DNA of 64,000 bases from Candidatus Poriferihabitaceae bacterium (GTDB lineage Bacteria; Pseudomonadota; Gammaproteobacteria; Arenicellales; Poriferihabitantaceae), in assembly GCA_965203365.1 (NCBI GenBank), contig OZ241878.1, positions 40,541 to 104,540 of the forward strand, read 5' to 3'. Each line of letters opens with the position of its first letter. Position 1 is the first letter of the stretch. Below the pieces are notes generated by a model. The model searched no databases and was not told where the DNA came from. It was given only the letters and a program-made list of their open reading frames with translations. Below are positions 52,265 to 62,109 of the stretch, piece by piece. The translations under genes and the position numbers were made by a program.

Positions 52265-53437
52265 TCATTTATCCGCCTTCAAAAATTTATGCATAAGAGA
52301 GTAGCTTAACGACTCCGCTGCTCTACTAGCGGAGAAAGTGCGTATGGTTAATTCGTATGCAGATTCGACTATTTCAGCATATTGCGATTGTTTAAACAGT
52401 GGTGGATTTATGATGTACCAATTTTCTACCGTCGTCTTTCGCATCGAAGGAGGGTCAGAAGTCGATGCGAAATCGCCAATATTCTTTTGCAGCATAATGC
52501 CATAGAGGTACTCGCTATGGATACTTGTAGTATCTGGAATGATAGTCATCACATTATTATCCACGCAAGACGGACAAGTCAGAATTCGCTTCTTATTTGT
52601 TGCTATTGCCGCACCAATCTTTGGGAATATCACGGAACCAGCAGGAAATAATTTGGCCCCCAATCTTTCTCGTGTTGTATTCGATATTGTGTTATTCCAA
52701 GATAAAATAGCAATCTCATTCCCAGGTAAATTCATATCACTTACCTTCAAAAAAGGGATTTCTTCTCCTTGGATGCCCTGTTCTTTCTTAGGAAATCCTG
52801 CCCCTGAGCCCACAGTCCCCAGATTGCAGACTTGCGTCTCCTCCCACCCCATCGGATTGGTGGCCGGATCCCCAAACATCTTCACAAACAGCGCCGGAAT
52901 GAACTCCCGCATCAATGCCTGCGCCTGCTGGCGCAGCCGTTCGATCTTCGCCGCCCGGTTCAGGATATCGACAATCCGCCGCTGCTCGGCAAGTGGCGGG
53001 AGCGGAATGCAGACTTTCTTCAAGGTGGATTTGGGAATTTCTCTGAATGTGGTGCCCCCGGCAAGTTGAATCAGCCGTTCTCGCTGGTTGCGAAGCCAAT
53101 AGGCGAGGTACTCGGGCACAATACGTTCGCTGCATATCAAGTTGGCAAAGCCCTGATTGGTTGCCATTGGCTGGGTTGCGATCGCGGTGTAGCCAATGGT
53201 CGCCCTGCTAGTCATCAAGACGGTTCCGGTAGGTAGGAGACGAGCACTACTTTCGCTCAACCCAATTTCTGAAATCCCTTCCTTGGTTCGCTTGATGAAG
53301 AGTGAATCCAGTCCAGTCACATCGGTAGGCGTGGCCCACGGTATAGTGCCATTGAAATAGGCCGCATTGCTCCGCCGTGGAGTGCCGCCGCCAACAATGG
53401 TGCAGACCTCGGCTAGAGGCACTTTGGTCAAACCCAT
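52265..53437 (-). CDS. hsdS: Type I restriction-modification specificity subunit
   Basis: GGGTP, TSRATIG, TNQGF, IPLPPLAEQRRIV, LFVKMFGDP..NPMGW, second TRD, PPLFKQ. Confidence 0.92.
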   Translation of the reverse strand: MGLTKVPLAEVCTIVGGGTPRRSNAAYFNGTIPWATPTDVTGLDSLFIKRTKEGISEIGLSESSARLLPTGTVLMTSRATIGYTAIATQPMATNQGFANLICSERIVPEYLAYWLRNQRERLIQLAGGTTFREIPKSTLKKVCIPLPPLAEQRRIVDILNRAAKIERLRQQAQALMREFIPALFVKMFGDPATNPMGWEETQVCNLGTVGSGAGFPKKEQGIQGEEIPFLKVSDMNLPGNEIAILSWNNTISNTTRERLGAKLFPAGSVIFPKIGAAIATNKKRILTCPSCVDNNVMTIIPDTTSIHSEYLYGIMLQKNIGDFASTSDPPSMRKTTVENWYIINPPLFKQSQYAEIVESAYELTIRTFSASRAAESLSYSLMHKFLKADK

Positions 53438-53605
53438 TCGCCGATTCCCCACACCGCTTCGGCCAGTTCGTCGGTCTCGCTCGGGATCTGCGTTTCAATA
53501 CCTCGCAATTCCTTGAAGATCTCCAGTGGGTCGCGCTGTTCGACTCTGGAACAACTCATTGGTCGGTGGCGATTGGCGCTCGGGTCGAAGTCGGTGATCC
53601 GGACA
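53427..53605 (-). pseudogene. Degenerate duplicate of the hsdM 3' end
   Basis: Reads DFDPSANRHRPMSCSRVEQRDPLEIFKELRGIETQIPSETDELAEAVWGIGEWV*, versus hsdM DFNLSANRHRPLSRAKVEHRDPLDILKELRGIETQILGEIDELTEAVRKS*. Confidence 0.85.
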
Positions 53606-53793
53606 TACGACAGAGAAAAAGACAGCGGACCGCGACGCTGATTACGTTAGCCCACGCTGGAGTTTTCCAACGCTTGAAGGCGATCCAGAGCTTCGTCGAG
53701 GTCGGTCGCAAGGCTGTCTATCCAATTGGAAATCCGCCGTGAAACATAGACTCGAACTAGTGCAATCGTAACCGGCACGCCATCGCACATTGG

Positions 53794-54009
53794 CTACCGC
53801 CGTCGGGTAGGGCGGCCTCTGGCCGCTTGTTCACGTTCCCATGCCAGCGCGGTGTCCCGGGTCGTAGCACGCCCAAGTGGCACGATATGGCCGTGCTCAC
53901 CAAATTCATCCTGATGCTCCCTTTCCCGACGCTCCAAGTCGTTCGTGATGCCCGTGTGAACGATTCTGTGCCCCCGCTTGAAGTGATACTGATATGTGTC
54001 GCGAGCCAT
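53794..54009 (-). CDS. Small GIY-YIG-like protein (71 aa)
   Basis: DTYQYHF..G..IVHTGITNDLERREREH...ALAWE pattern of a minimal GIY-YIG domain. Confidence 0.68.
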   Translation of the reverse strand: MARDTYQYHFKRGHRIVHTGITNDLERREREHQDEFGEHGHIVPLGRATTRDTALAWEREQAARGRPTRRR

Positions 54010-54065
54010 GCTCCATACTGTTGTGCCATTGTGGCAATCCATTATAGACACGAGGCCGAAGGGAA

Positions 54066-55688
54066 TCAAGATTTCCGCACCGCCTCGGTGAGTTCATCGA
54101 TCTCACCCAGGATCTGCGTCTCGATCCCCCGCAGTTCCTTCAGGATGTCCAGCGGATCGCGGTGCTCGACCTTCGCCCGGCTCAGCGGCCGGTGCCGATT
54201 GGCGCTCAGGTTGAAGTCGGCAGCGCGGATTGCGTCCGTCTCGGCGAACCACCACTTTTCCGTCCAGTCGGCCGCCGAGTCTCTGTCCTGCCACTGCTCC
54301 CACCGGTTTTCACGATCATGGAATGCCTCGACCAGACCGGGCAAATCATCCTCGTCGATCGGCTGGTCGTGGTTGGCATCCAGCTTGAAACCATCGTTCT
54401 CGGCGTGCAGGAACATCACACGCCTTGTCGAACCGCCCTTGCGGAACTCCAGCACCGAGGTCTTGACCCCGGAATAGGGGTTGAACACCCCACCAGGGAG
54501 TGACAAGACGGCTTCGACCGTATTATTCTCGACCAGTTTCCGCCTCAGCTCCTTGTGCGCCCCGGTGGACCCGAACAATACCCCCTCCGGCACCACCACG
54601 CCGCAACGTCCGCCGGCCTTCAGGTGGTTGAGCATGTACTGCAGGAACAACAGTTCGGTCTGCGCCGTGCGCCCGATCTTCACATCCTCGACGATGCGGT
54701 CCTTGTCCAGGCGGCCGGAAAACGGTGGATTGGCCAGGACGACATCGAATCCGTCCGCTGGCAGGCTGAGTTCCGCCTTCGCTGTGCGGTCCAGGGAGCG
54801 GGTAAGTGCGTCGCGGCGCACGATACGGACCCTCTCCAGTCCGCGCAATGTCAGGTTCATGGTGGCCAGGCGCACCATCTGCGGGTCCACATCGGTGCCA
54901 TAGAAGGTCTCTTCCTGCAGCTGTCTCACGGCGTCGCGGCCCAGCATGTCGCCGAGGCCACGCCGCACGGTCTTGCCGTCGGTCTCGACCTCCTCAATCC
55001 CGGCGGGCGAGGAGTTGGCGAGCCGGATATGGTCCCAGGCCCCGACCAGGAACCCCGCCGTACCCGCCGCCGGATCGTAGACCGTCTCCCCGAGCCGGGG
55101 ATCGACCAGGTGGACCAAGGCGCGGATAACGTGACGCGGCGTGCGAAACTGCCCGAGTTCGCCCGCCTGGCGGATCTGACGCAGCACATGCTCGAACAGG
55201 TCGCCCTTGGTGTCGGCGTCCACCCGGTCGAGCTGCAGATCGTTCAGTTGACTGACCACTTGTGTCAGCACGGTCGGCTCGTCGATCACCAGCCGAGCGC
55301 CGTCCATGAAGTCCGTCACGCCGTTGGCGGCGATTTCGGCATGGAACGCAAAGACCTCTTCCCGGACCCAGTGCACCAGCCGCTCGCCGTTCAGGGCATG
55401 CGCCCAGGACGACCATCTCAACAGTTCCCGCGGCACGGCCCCGGCACCCGACTCCGGCGCATTGCGCGGATCGCGCAGTTCCCATTCCCCCTTGAAAACG
55501 CTGGTGTAGGGGGCCGCGCCCGGCCGCTGTGATGCCCGCCCCCGTGCCGCATCGGCCGCCTCGTACAGATAGAAGTAGATCAGAAAGCTGAGTTGTTCCG
55601 CATTCTGGGCCGGGTTCGGATACCCGCCGCCGAACAGGTAGTCACGGAGACGATCGATCCCGCGCCGCAGTTCCGGGGTCATGGGCAT
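54066..55688 (-). CDS. hsdM: Type I restriction-modification methyltransferase subunit
   Basis: GQFRTPRH, YDPAAGTAGFL, ANPPF, VVPEGVLF, SLPGGVF.PYSGVKT. Confidence 0.93.
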   Translation of the reverse strand: MPMTPELRRGIDRLRDYLFGGGYPNPAQNAEQLSFLIYFYLYEAADAARGRASQRPGAAPYTSVFKGEWELRDPRNAPESGAGAVPRELLRWSSWAHALNGERLVHWVREEVFAFHAEIAANGVTDFMDGARLVIDEPTVLTQVVSQLNDLQLDRVDADTKGDLFEHVLRQIRQAGELGQFRTPRHVIRALVHLVDPRLGETVYDPAAGTAGFLVGAWDHIRLANSSPAGIEEVETDGKTVRRGLGDMLGRDAVRQLQEETFYGTDVDPQMVRLATMNLTLRGLERVRIVRRDALTRSLDRTAKAELSLPADGFDVVLANPPFSGRLDKDRIVEDVKIGRTAQTELLFLQYMLNHLKAGGRCGVVVPEGVLFGSTGAHKELRRKLVENNTVEAVLSLPGGVFNPYSGVKTSVLEFRKGGSTRRVMFLHAENDGFKLDANHDQPIDEDDLPGLVEAFHDRENRWEQWQDRDSAADWTEKWWFAETDAIRAADFNLSANRHRPLSRAKVEHRDPLDILKELRGIETQILGEIDELTEAVRKS

Positions 55689-55692
55689 GGAC

Positions 55693-57837
55693 TCAACCCT
55701 CCCCGGTGCGTGGACCTACTGGCCCGCCGGTCGACTGCGTACGCCCGAACACCGCGGCGTTGATCCCGGCGATCATCCTGTCCAGGGACTGTTCCCCGCC
55801 GAACACGCGGCGGGCTTCGGCATAACCCCCCAATGCGGTGAAGGGATGTTCGTCGAAGCTCCAGGCGCCGAGGCCGTCCCTGTCCATCGCATCCGCCCGC
55901 ACCCGGCTGCCGATCAGGTTGGCCCAGCGCGTCTGTTCGGCATCGAAGTCTGCCTGCTCCCCCCGCCAAGCCTCGAACTTCAGGCCGAACTCGGCGGCGT
56001 GCGCCTCATGCTCTGGGGACTGCACGATGCGGCCGGTCCCGTCGAGAGTCAGCCACTCGCGGCTCGCCGGGTCGATCTGGTCGTCTACATCGAGCGTCAA
56101 CAACAGGCGCGGATCCTGCAGCCTCCTGTTGGCCCCCGGTGTCCCCATCACCCCGCCGTCGATGTCCACATCGTCGTCGCCGTGGAAGTCCGTCACGCCG
56201 ACGAAGTCGAAGATCGTGAAGCCCGCCTTGCCGATATGGTCCGCCTTGCGCGTGCCGCGCCCGCGCATCTGGCGGTAGAGGATGGCGCTCTTGGTGAACC
56301 GGGCCATGACGAGGTTGACCACCTCTGGACAGTCGAATCCGGTATCGAGCATGTTGACGCTGACCAGGATCTTCGGATACGCCTCCTCCTTGAATCGCTG
56401 GATGCGGGTACCGGCGTCGGGCGCAGGGCCGCCACCGACGTCGCTCACCACGAAATCGGCATAGCGCACGCTCGGGTGGGGTTTCAGATCCGCGAACTGC
56501 TCGTCGAACATCTGCGCCAGAGTCTCGGCATGGCGCTTCGTGACGGCGAACACAATCGTCTTGCCCCATTGGGGCACCCGCCGGAGGCCGTCCCGGCCCA
56601 TGAAGCCCTTCTCATGTGCGTCGCGGAACTCGCGCACCAGGGCGCGGTTGCGTTCGGGGATCGTGAACTTCCGCTCCAGTGCCTGCGGGTCCATCGTGAT
56701 CGTGTCCGAACCGGCGAACCACTCCTCGAACTCGGCGCGGGTCGCACGGTCCATGGCACGCCAGTCGAGTTCGTCCCGGTGGACCACGAAGCCGTCTTCG
56801 GCCGCGGTCTTCACCGTCATCGCCCGGTAGATGCGATACGGCACCAGATGGCCCGCCTGGATGGCTTGGCGCAGGCCGTAGCGGAAAGTGGGTTCGGCGA
56901 GTTCGAAGAACCGCAGCGTGTCGCGCACGAACCGCCCGTCCTCGGGATCGGGCAGGGTATCGGCATCCGCCGTGCAGGGCGTGGCCGTCAGGCCGAGCTG
57001 GAGGGAATCGAAGTATCGCAGCACGCCGCTGTATTCACCGTAGATCGAGCGGTGGCATTCGTCGGTGACGACGAGGTCGAAATAGCCCGGTGACAGCGTG
57101 CGGTACTCCACGATCATGGTCTGCAAGGTCGCGATCGTGATGCGCTTGGCGCGGTCGAACCGACGGCCGGGCCGCAGCACATGGCAGGGATAGTCGCGCA
57201 GATGATCGGCGAAGGCGTCCTCGGCCTGCCGGGCCAGGGCGATCCGGTCCACCAGGAACAGCACGCGGGTCACGAATCCCGCTGCAAACAGCCGCTTGAC
57301 GAAGGCGGCCGCCATGCGCGTCTTGCCGGTGCCGGTCGCCATCTCGACCAGCAGCTTGCGCCTTCCGCAGGCGACGTCGGCCGACAGCGCCTCGATGCAG
57401 GCGATCTGGTAGTCGCGGTCGACGATCTTCCGGTCGATGGCGACCGTCGACAGGTCGCGGCGCACCCGGCGGGCGGCGGTCCGCCGCTCCAGATCATCCT
57501 GGGCAGGGAACCCCGCAATGTGGCGGGCATGGGCATCCGTCTCCCGGTCCAGGAACCGGACTGCTTCACCATTCGACAGGAAGACGAACGGCACACCAAG
57601 CTGTTCGGCGTAGTGCCGTCCCTGATCCTGCGCCGTGATCGGATCAAGGCTCGCCCGCTTGGCCTCCAATACCGCCAGCGGCCGGCCCTGGCGGTCGCAC
57701 AGGACATAGTCGGCCTGCGTACCATCCGCCAGCACATGCTCGAACAGCACGCTTGATCCGTCGGTCAGATCCCAGCCCGCATCCGTCAGCAGGGCATCGA
57801 TCTTGACCCGCGCAAAGGCTTCCGTGGGGCCGGTCAT
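55693..57837 (-). CDS. hsdR: Type I restriction enzyme R subunit (compact, EcoEI/EcoAI-like)
   Basis: ADYVL...LEAK nuclease, RDYQ, MATGTGKT, DECHR, GLTATP, MLDTGFD, QMRGRGTR. Confidence 0.92.
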   Translation of the reverse strand: MTGPTEAFARVKIDALLTDAGWDLTDGSSVLFEHVLADGTQADYVLCDRQGRPLAVLEAKRASLDPITAQDQGRHYAEQLGVPFVFLSNGEAVRFLDRETDAHARHIAGFPAQDDLERRTAARRVRRDLSTVAIDRKIVDRDYQIACIEALSADVACGRRKLLVEMATGTGKTRMAAAFVKRLFAAGFVTRVLFLVDRIALARQAEDAFADHLRDYPCHVLRPGRRFDRAKRITIATLQTMIVEYRTLSPGYFDLVVTDECHRSIYGEYSGVLRYFDSLQLGLTATPCTADADTLPDPEDGRFVRDTLRFFELAEPTFRYGLRQAIQAGHLVPYRIYRAMTVKTAAEDGFVVHRDELDWRAMDRATRAEFEEWFAGSDTITMDPQALERKFTIPERNRALVREFRDAHEKGFMGRDGLRRVPQWGKTIVFAVTKRHAETLAQMFDEQFADLKPHPSVRYADFVVSDVGGGPAPDAGTRIQRFKEEAYPKILVSVNMLDTGFDCPEVVNLVMARFTKSAILYRQMRGRGTRKADHIGKAGFTIFDFVGVTDFHGDDDVDIDGGVMGTPGANRRLQDPRLLLTLDVDDQIDPASREWLTLDGTGRIVQSPEHEAHAAEFGLKFEAWRGEQADFDAEQTRWANLIGSRVRADAMDRDGLGAWSFDEHPFTALGGYAEARRVFGGEQSLDRMIAGINAAVFGRTQSTGGPVGPRTGEG

Positions 57838-58053
57838 TCCATCGTCCAAGATCCCCAAGTCCCGGTGTACCAGCCACCGGGGTTGTGGATCGTGATGCTG
57901 GTCATACTCATGCAACTGTCCATCTGAAGCAGAATTTACGTACAGGTTGAAGTCAAATCAAGATCATTGGCCGATTGCTGCTAAAGCATCAAAGGACTGC
58001 ACCGGATTTCACTAAGTCGTGCCTGCCAAGACAGCAAGGAGATAGAATTGATA

Positions 58054-58935
58054 CTATCCGACCAGCTTGTCTCGAAGCCATCTATAGGATTTGACTGCCG
58101 CCGCACCAGGAATATTCGCCAGCAATCCCACAATTAGACAGAGCAGTGCCGCAAACCATTGGATTGATATCGAATAAATGATTATCCACCAAACGCATAT
58201 CCCAATCACGATCCCGGTTAAGCTCGCTTCAAAAATCGGCACTCCCCAGAGATGCAAGATTGGCTGGTACGGTTCCTTATATTTCACCCTGACACCTGCT
58301 TTTTGGCATGAAATGTAAATTACTGGACTGACATCAGAAATGGCATTTGTCATGTACGAGAATCTGATTGCCTGTCCCCGTGCGATCACAGGCACCTCAT
58401 ACCAGCGCTGAGTAGACCATATCTCCCAGTTGGCAGCTTGAGCTTGGTGAAGTTGAGCAACAGTTAATGTATCCCCAGCGGCTTTCGCTCTTTCTGTCTC
58501 TACTAATGAATGCTGGAGTGTCTTCTTGATCTCCTCATATTCTCTAGTGTGCTTCAGGAATTCAACTGTGCCTTCAATATGTGTCCGTTCGGTCATCAGT
58601 TGTAGTTGCTCTGTCCCAGTATAGATCTTTATTTCCAAGTTTTCCACATCGCATATGCTGCGATTGATCAGCCAAATATCACTTATATATAGATTCTGCA
58701 TTCGATTACCGCCAACAGTTACCAAAACCTCTCCATGAATGTTATCATAGCCTGAAGTGCCAATCCGATTATGCGTTACATGATAAGTTAGTAAGGTTCG
58801 ACGATTTTGTATCCAAGTCAAAAGCAATGTCATTACAAAGGTTAAACCAGCGGTAATTACCAAATCCAGCATAGCAAATATCCTCAGCAGTACATATTTT
58901 TCGTAACCACTCGTCCCGTTGGATGCATTTTTCAA
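58054..58935 (-). CDS. Hypothetical membrane protein (N-terminal TM, soluble middle, two C-terminal TMs)
   Basis: 293-aa open frame, AT-richer than the core genes; hydrophobic ends; no family recognised; start may be 58872. Confidence 0.7.
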   Translation of the reverse strand: MKNASNGTSGYEKYVLLRIFAMLDLVITAGLTFVMTLLLTWIQNRRTLLTYHVTHNRIGTSGYDNIHGEVLVTVGGNRMQNLYISDIWLINRSICDVENLEIKIYTGTEQLQLMTERTHIEGTVEFLKHTREYEEIKKTLQHSLVETERAKAAGDTLTVAQLHQAQAANWEIWSTQRWYEVPVIARGQAIRFSYMTNAISDVSPVIYISCQKAGVRVKYKEPYQPILHLWGVPIFEASLTGIVIGICVWWIIIYSISIQWFAALLCLIVGLLANIPGAAAVKSYRWLRDKLVG

Positions 58936-58987
58936 GATGACTGGTTGACAGTTGACAGGATAGTGGATTTGTCCGTTTGATACGAGT

Positions 58988-60299
58988 CCCCCGTGCCACT
59001 CTGAAGTGCAACACTTAGCCCCGTCGCCTGATCACTTGATGTAGGGCGGATTGCAGCGGGCCAGATGATGGCAGACAATCTCAGTTTGCTAACAACTGGA
59101 GAACTGTCATGCCGAATGGCTACCACCACCTGACCCACCCGGAAAGATCGCCCATTTTTGCGCTCCAGTCCACTGGTCGATCCCAGCGGCCGATGGCTGA
59201 GCAGCTCGGGCGGGACGTCAGCCCGATTTCCTAGGAGCTGTCCCGCCACCGCGGGCAGCGGGGGGGCCGTCACCAGCCCGCCCAGGGCAAGGCGACATCC
59301 CGACGCCGGGCCGCCTCGGCCATGCCTTGGAAGATGACCACCGAGTGCTGGGCGATGGCGGAGGAGTGGTGGCGGGCAGGCGGGAGCCCGGAGCAGGTCT
59401 CGGGCCGGTTTCAGCAACCAGGGGAGGTGATGGCCGGGCGGGAATGGATTGATCAGTCCATCCGGGCGGACCGACCGGCGGGGGGAGACCTTTACCGGTG
59501 CCTGCGTCGTCGGGGGAAGCAGCCCAACGGGCGCGGCGGGCGACCTGCGGGATGCGGTCATCTTCCCGGTCGGGTGGACATCGCCGAACGCCCGGTGATC
59601 GGGGACGCCCCGGGGGGGCTGGATTTACTTGGTAGATCGGGGCTCGAAGTTCATGGGGCTGATCGGGGTAGAAGGGAAGACGGCGGCGACCGTGACTGAG
59701 GCCATTGTCCAGCGGATGGGGCCGATTCGGGATCGGGTGCAGATGGGCACGGCGGACCACGGCCAGGAGTTCGCGGGGCACCGAGAGATTGCGGCAGCCT
59801 TGGGGGCTGACTTCTATTTTGCCACCCCCTATCACTCCTGGGAACGGGGCCTGAACGAGCACACCAACGGCCTGGTACGCCAGGACTTTCCGAAGGGAAC
59901 GGACTTCCGTCAGGTGACGCCGGCCCAGGTTCGGGCGGTGGAAGAGCGGATCAACCGGCGGCCCCGGAAGGTCCTGGGGTATCGGACCCCGGAAGAGGTC
60001 TTCACCGCCGTCGCCCCGCCCTGAAGGCGGTCATTCCTCCCCCATCTTCCCCCTTCCGCCAGCCCGCATTCGACGGGCAGGGCCCCGCTCGGCCGAAACC
60101 GGCCCGAGTCGACCCTTGCGTCGTGAAATCGCCTCGGTCAGACTCCCTGGCGTCGAGATGGATGCCATCGGTGGCCGAAATCAGCCCCTTTCAGCCCCTG
60201 GGAGGGCTGAATTTTCCGGTCGCCGCCCCGCTCCCTTCCTTCGGGGGATGTCCTCATGCCGTGAGCGGGGCGAGTGTTGTACTTCAGACTGGAAGTGGG
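58988..60299 (+). mobile_element. IS30-family insertion sequence, copy 2 (transposase pseudogene 59109-60024)
   Basis: Same TIRs as copy 1; in-frame TAG near 59232 and a deletion/frameshift near 59610-59625; no matching TSD seen. Confidence 0.9.
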
Positions 60300-60439
60300 A
60301 ACATTATAGGCTCCGGAAAACCGTTCCTCTACCGGACCCTTATCGGCAGTGTTTAGGGTTCAACGAGTGTCTGCACATTGATGTGCGTTGAACGGGACCT
60401 GCCGACATATTGCCGATTTCCCCGTCGCAAGACTGTCCA

Positions 60440-60760
60440 GGCCGTGAATCCAGCCGACATTTCCTTGTTGGTGCTGACCCTTCATCCCAGACTATCTCGA
60501 ACTCCAATACGCATACTTGATCTTCATGGAACACCACTATGTTTGCCTGTCCGCAGCTTGAAGAGTTTCCACTTAAAGGTCCAGACCGATAGCCCGGAAA
60601 CAGGCGTATAAAATCCGACCATACCATGCCTCGTAGTGGACGGAACTGTGAGCGTCTGCCATATGGCAGGAGATTCCGGCAAGGAATGTCTTCAGATAAT
60701 CTGCGAATCCGTCAAAGTCATTGGCGGACAGTCGATGACCCAGTTCTGTACCGCAGTTTG
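60440..60760 (-). pseudogene. C-terminal remnant of an AAA-ATPase_like/PD-(D/E)XK family gene
   Basis: LKTFLAGI...YEAWYGRILYACFRAIGLDL then GQANIVVFHEDQVCVLEFE; stops and frameshifts. Confidence 0.55.
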
Positions 60761-61163
60761 ACATCCTTTGCCCCTTCTGTCCCAGATCACCCCGCAGTCG
60801 GTAGCCTATGATGTCGCACGATACTCCCCAGTTACCTGAGAATGTCTGCCCAATCTCTCCCAATCATTATATTTCCCGTCGAGGCTCATATCCGGCCACA
60901 TGAGAAAGCGAATATATGGTGTAGATTGAAAGGAAAGTATCTGGTTCGGCGCCATGAGTCACCCTTCAGACAACAGAAGATTCAAGCGACAACTTGGCCA
61001 TGGAACGCCCAATTCGGGGAGAAAATTTCGAGGGATTCAATGACAGACTACAAAACAAATCTCATGTATGCCAATCATTTCAGATACTTATGTCAAAAAA
61101 ATGGTCGGTTTTTTATCGTGAATCTCCGATTGGAAAAAATTAATTATCCTACTTGATATTGTA

Positions 61164-61188
61164 AATGATAATAATTATCATTATCATT
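61164..61188. promoter_or_regulatory. Fur box
   Basis: AATGATAATAATTATCATT 9-1-9 palindrome extended by an ATCATT hexamer; matches the Fur consensus. Confidence 0.82.
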
Positions 61189-61555
61189 AAATCTAATTGA
61201 TAATCCCTGCATTGCCCATGTTGACCAGCGACAAGTTGACCCATGCCGCCAGCAAAATCCAGTCCGACCGGCTTCCCTTGATTGAAGACAGTTCTTTCTG
61301 GTGGTCCGGCCATAGCATCCGGGAGTTCTTCTTATATTTTATGAACAAAAGCTGGCGTGGCTTTTACTGCACTGGTGCATTGCCCCAACTCACTTCTCTT
61401 CCCAACTACCTCGCATGAAGATATCCATGACGAATTTCGGCAGACTGGGATCAGTAGGGTGATTTGCAGGGAGACATTGATGAATCGTTCATGGAAACAG
61501 ATTACCCGGATGACGACTCATCGACCCGTTTCAACTATCTCACAGGTAGACATTG

Positions 61556-62095
61556 ATGAATCCAGATTACGACGACAAGCAGCCACCTTGGAGAGTTTCT
61601 CGCATGGGAAGTGCGTCTGAAGCAGGAGTCGACGATCAGTATACTGCCTCGATTTCACCACCAGTACCGGAATCTTCTGTTCAGGAGTTTCTGGTGTCCG
61701 TCGCTCAGCTGGATATCACTGCGGTTCGACAGTGGGTGGAACGAAAAGGTTTACACCCAGATGCCACCGTGGGGACCAAGCCCACAGCGGTCTGCTATGC
61801 CGCCATCAAGGGCGATTCATGCCTGATGTCATACTTAATCAGTAACGGAGCCAGTGTTGATTTCGAGGACGGCATGGGAATGACGCCACTGCATTATGCG
61901 GCCATGGGTGGTGACCCGGTCTGTGTGTCGATGCTGGTGGCCCATGGCGCACGATTGAACAAGCAAAACCTCCATGGCAAGACACCGCTTGCCATATCGA
62001 AATCACGTCCGAATACCGGCGAAAGCGTCGACCTGCTGGAACGCTATGGTGCCTGCTTGTCCGAACAGTCCCCCGGTCCAAGAATGTTCCACTGA
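61556..62095 (+). CDS. Ankyrin-repeat protein
   Basis: TAVCYAAIKG, GMTPLHYAAMGG, GKTPL repeats. Confidence 0.88.
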   Translation: MNPDYDDKQPPWRVSRMGSASEAGVDDQYTASISPPVPESSVQEFLVSVAQLDITAVRQWVERKGLHPDATVGTKPTAVCYAAIKGDSCLMSYLISNGASVDFEDGMGMTPLHYAAMGGDPVCVSMLVAHGARLNKQNLHGKTPLAISKSRPNTGESVDLLERYGACLSEQSPGPRMFH

Positions 62096-62109
62096 GTCAA
62101 ACGGGTTCT

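Noticed and set aside
55681-57093. 470-aa plus-strand ORF (and 54555-55532)
   Set aside because: Antisense shadows of GC-rich hsdR/hsdM
28906-60299. Composite transposon formed by the two IS30 copies
   Set aside because: Copy 1 has its own TSD inside the desulfurase gene, the copies are diverged, and core-type genes lie between them
32229-60760. The two AAA-ATPase_like remnants as halves of one gene split by inversion
   Set aside because: Both are heavily eroded members of a commonly multicopy family; no junction evidence links them
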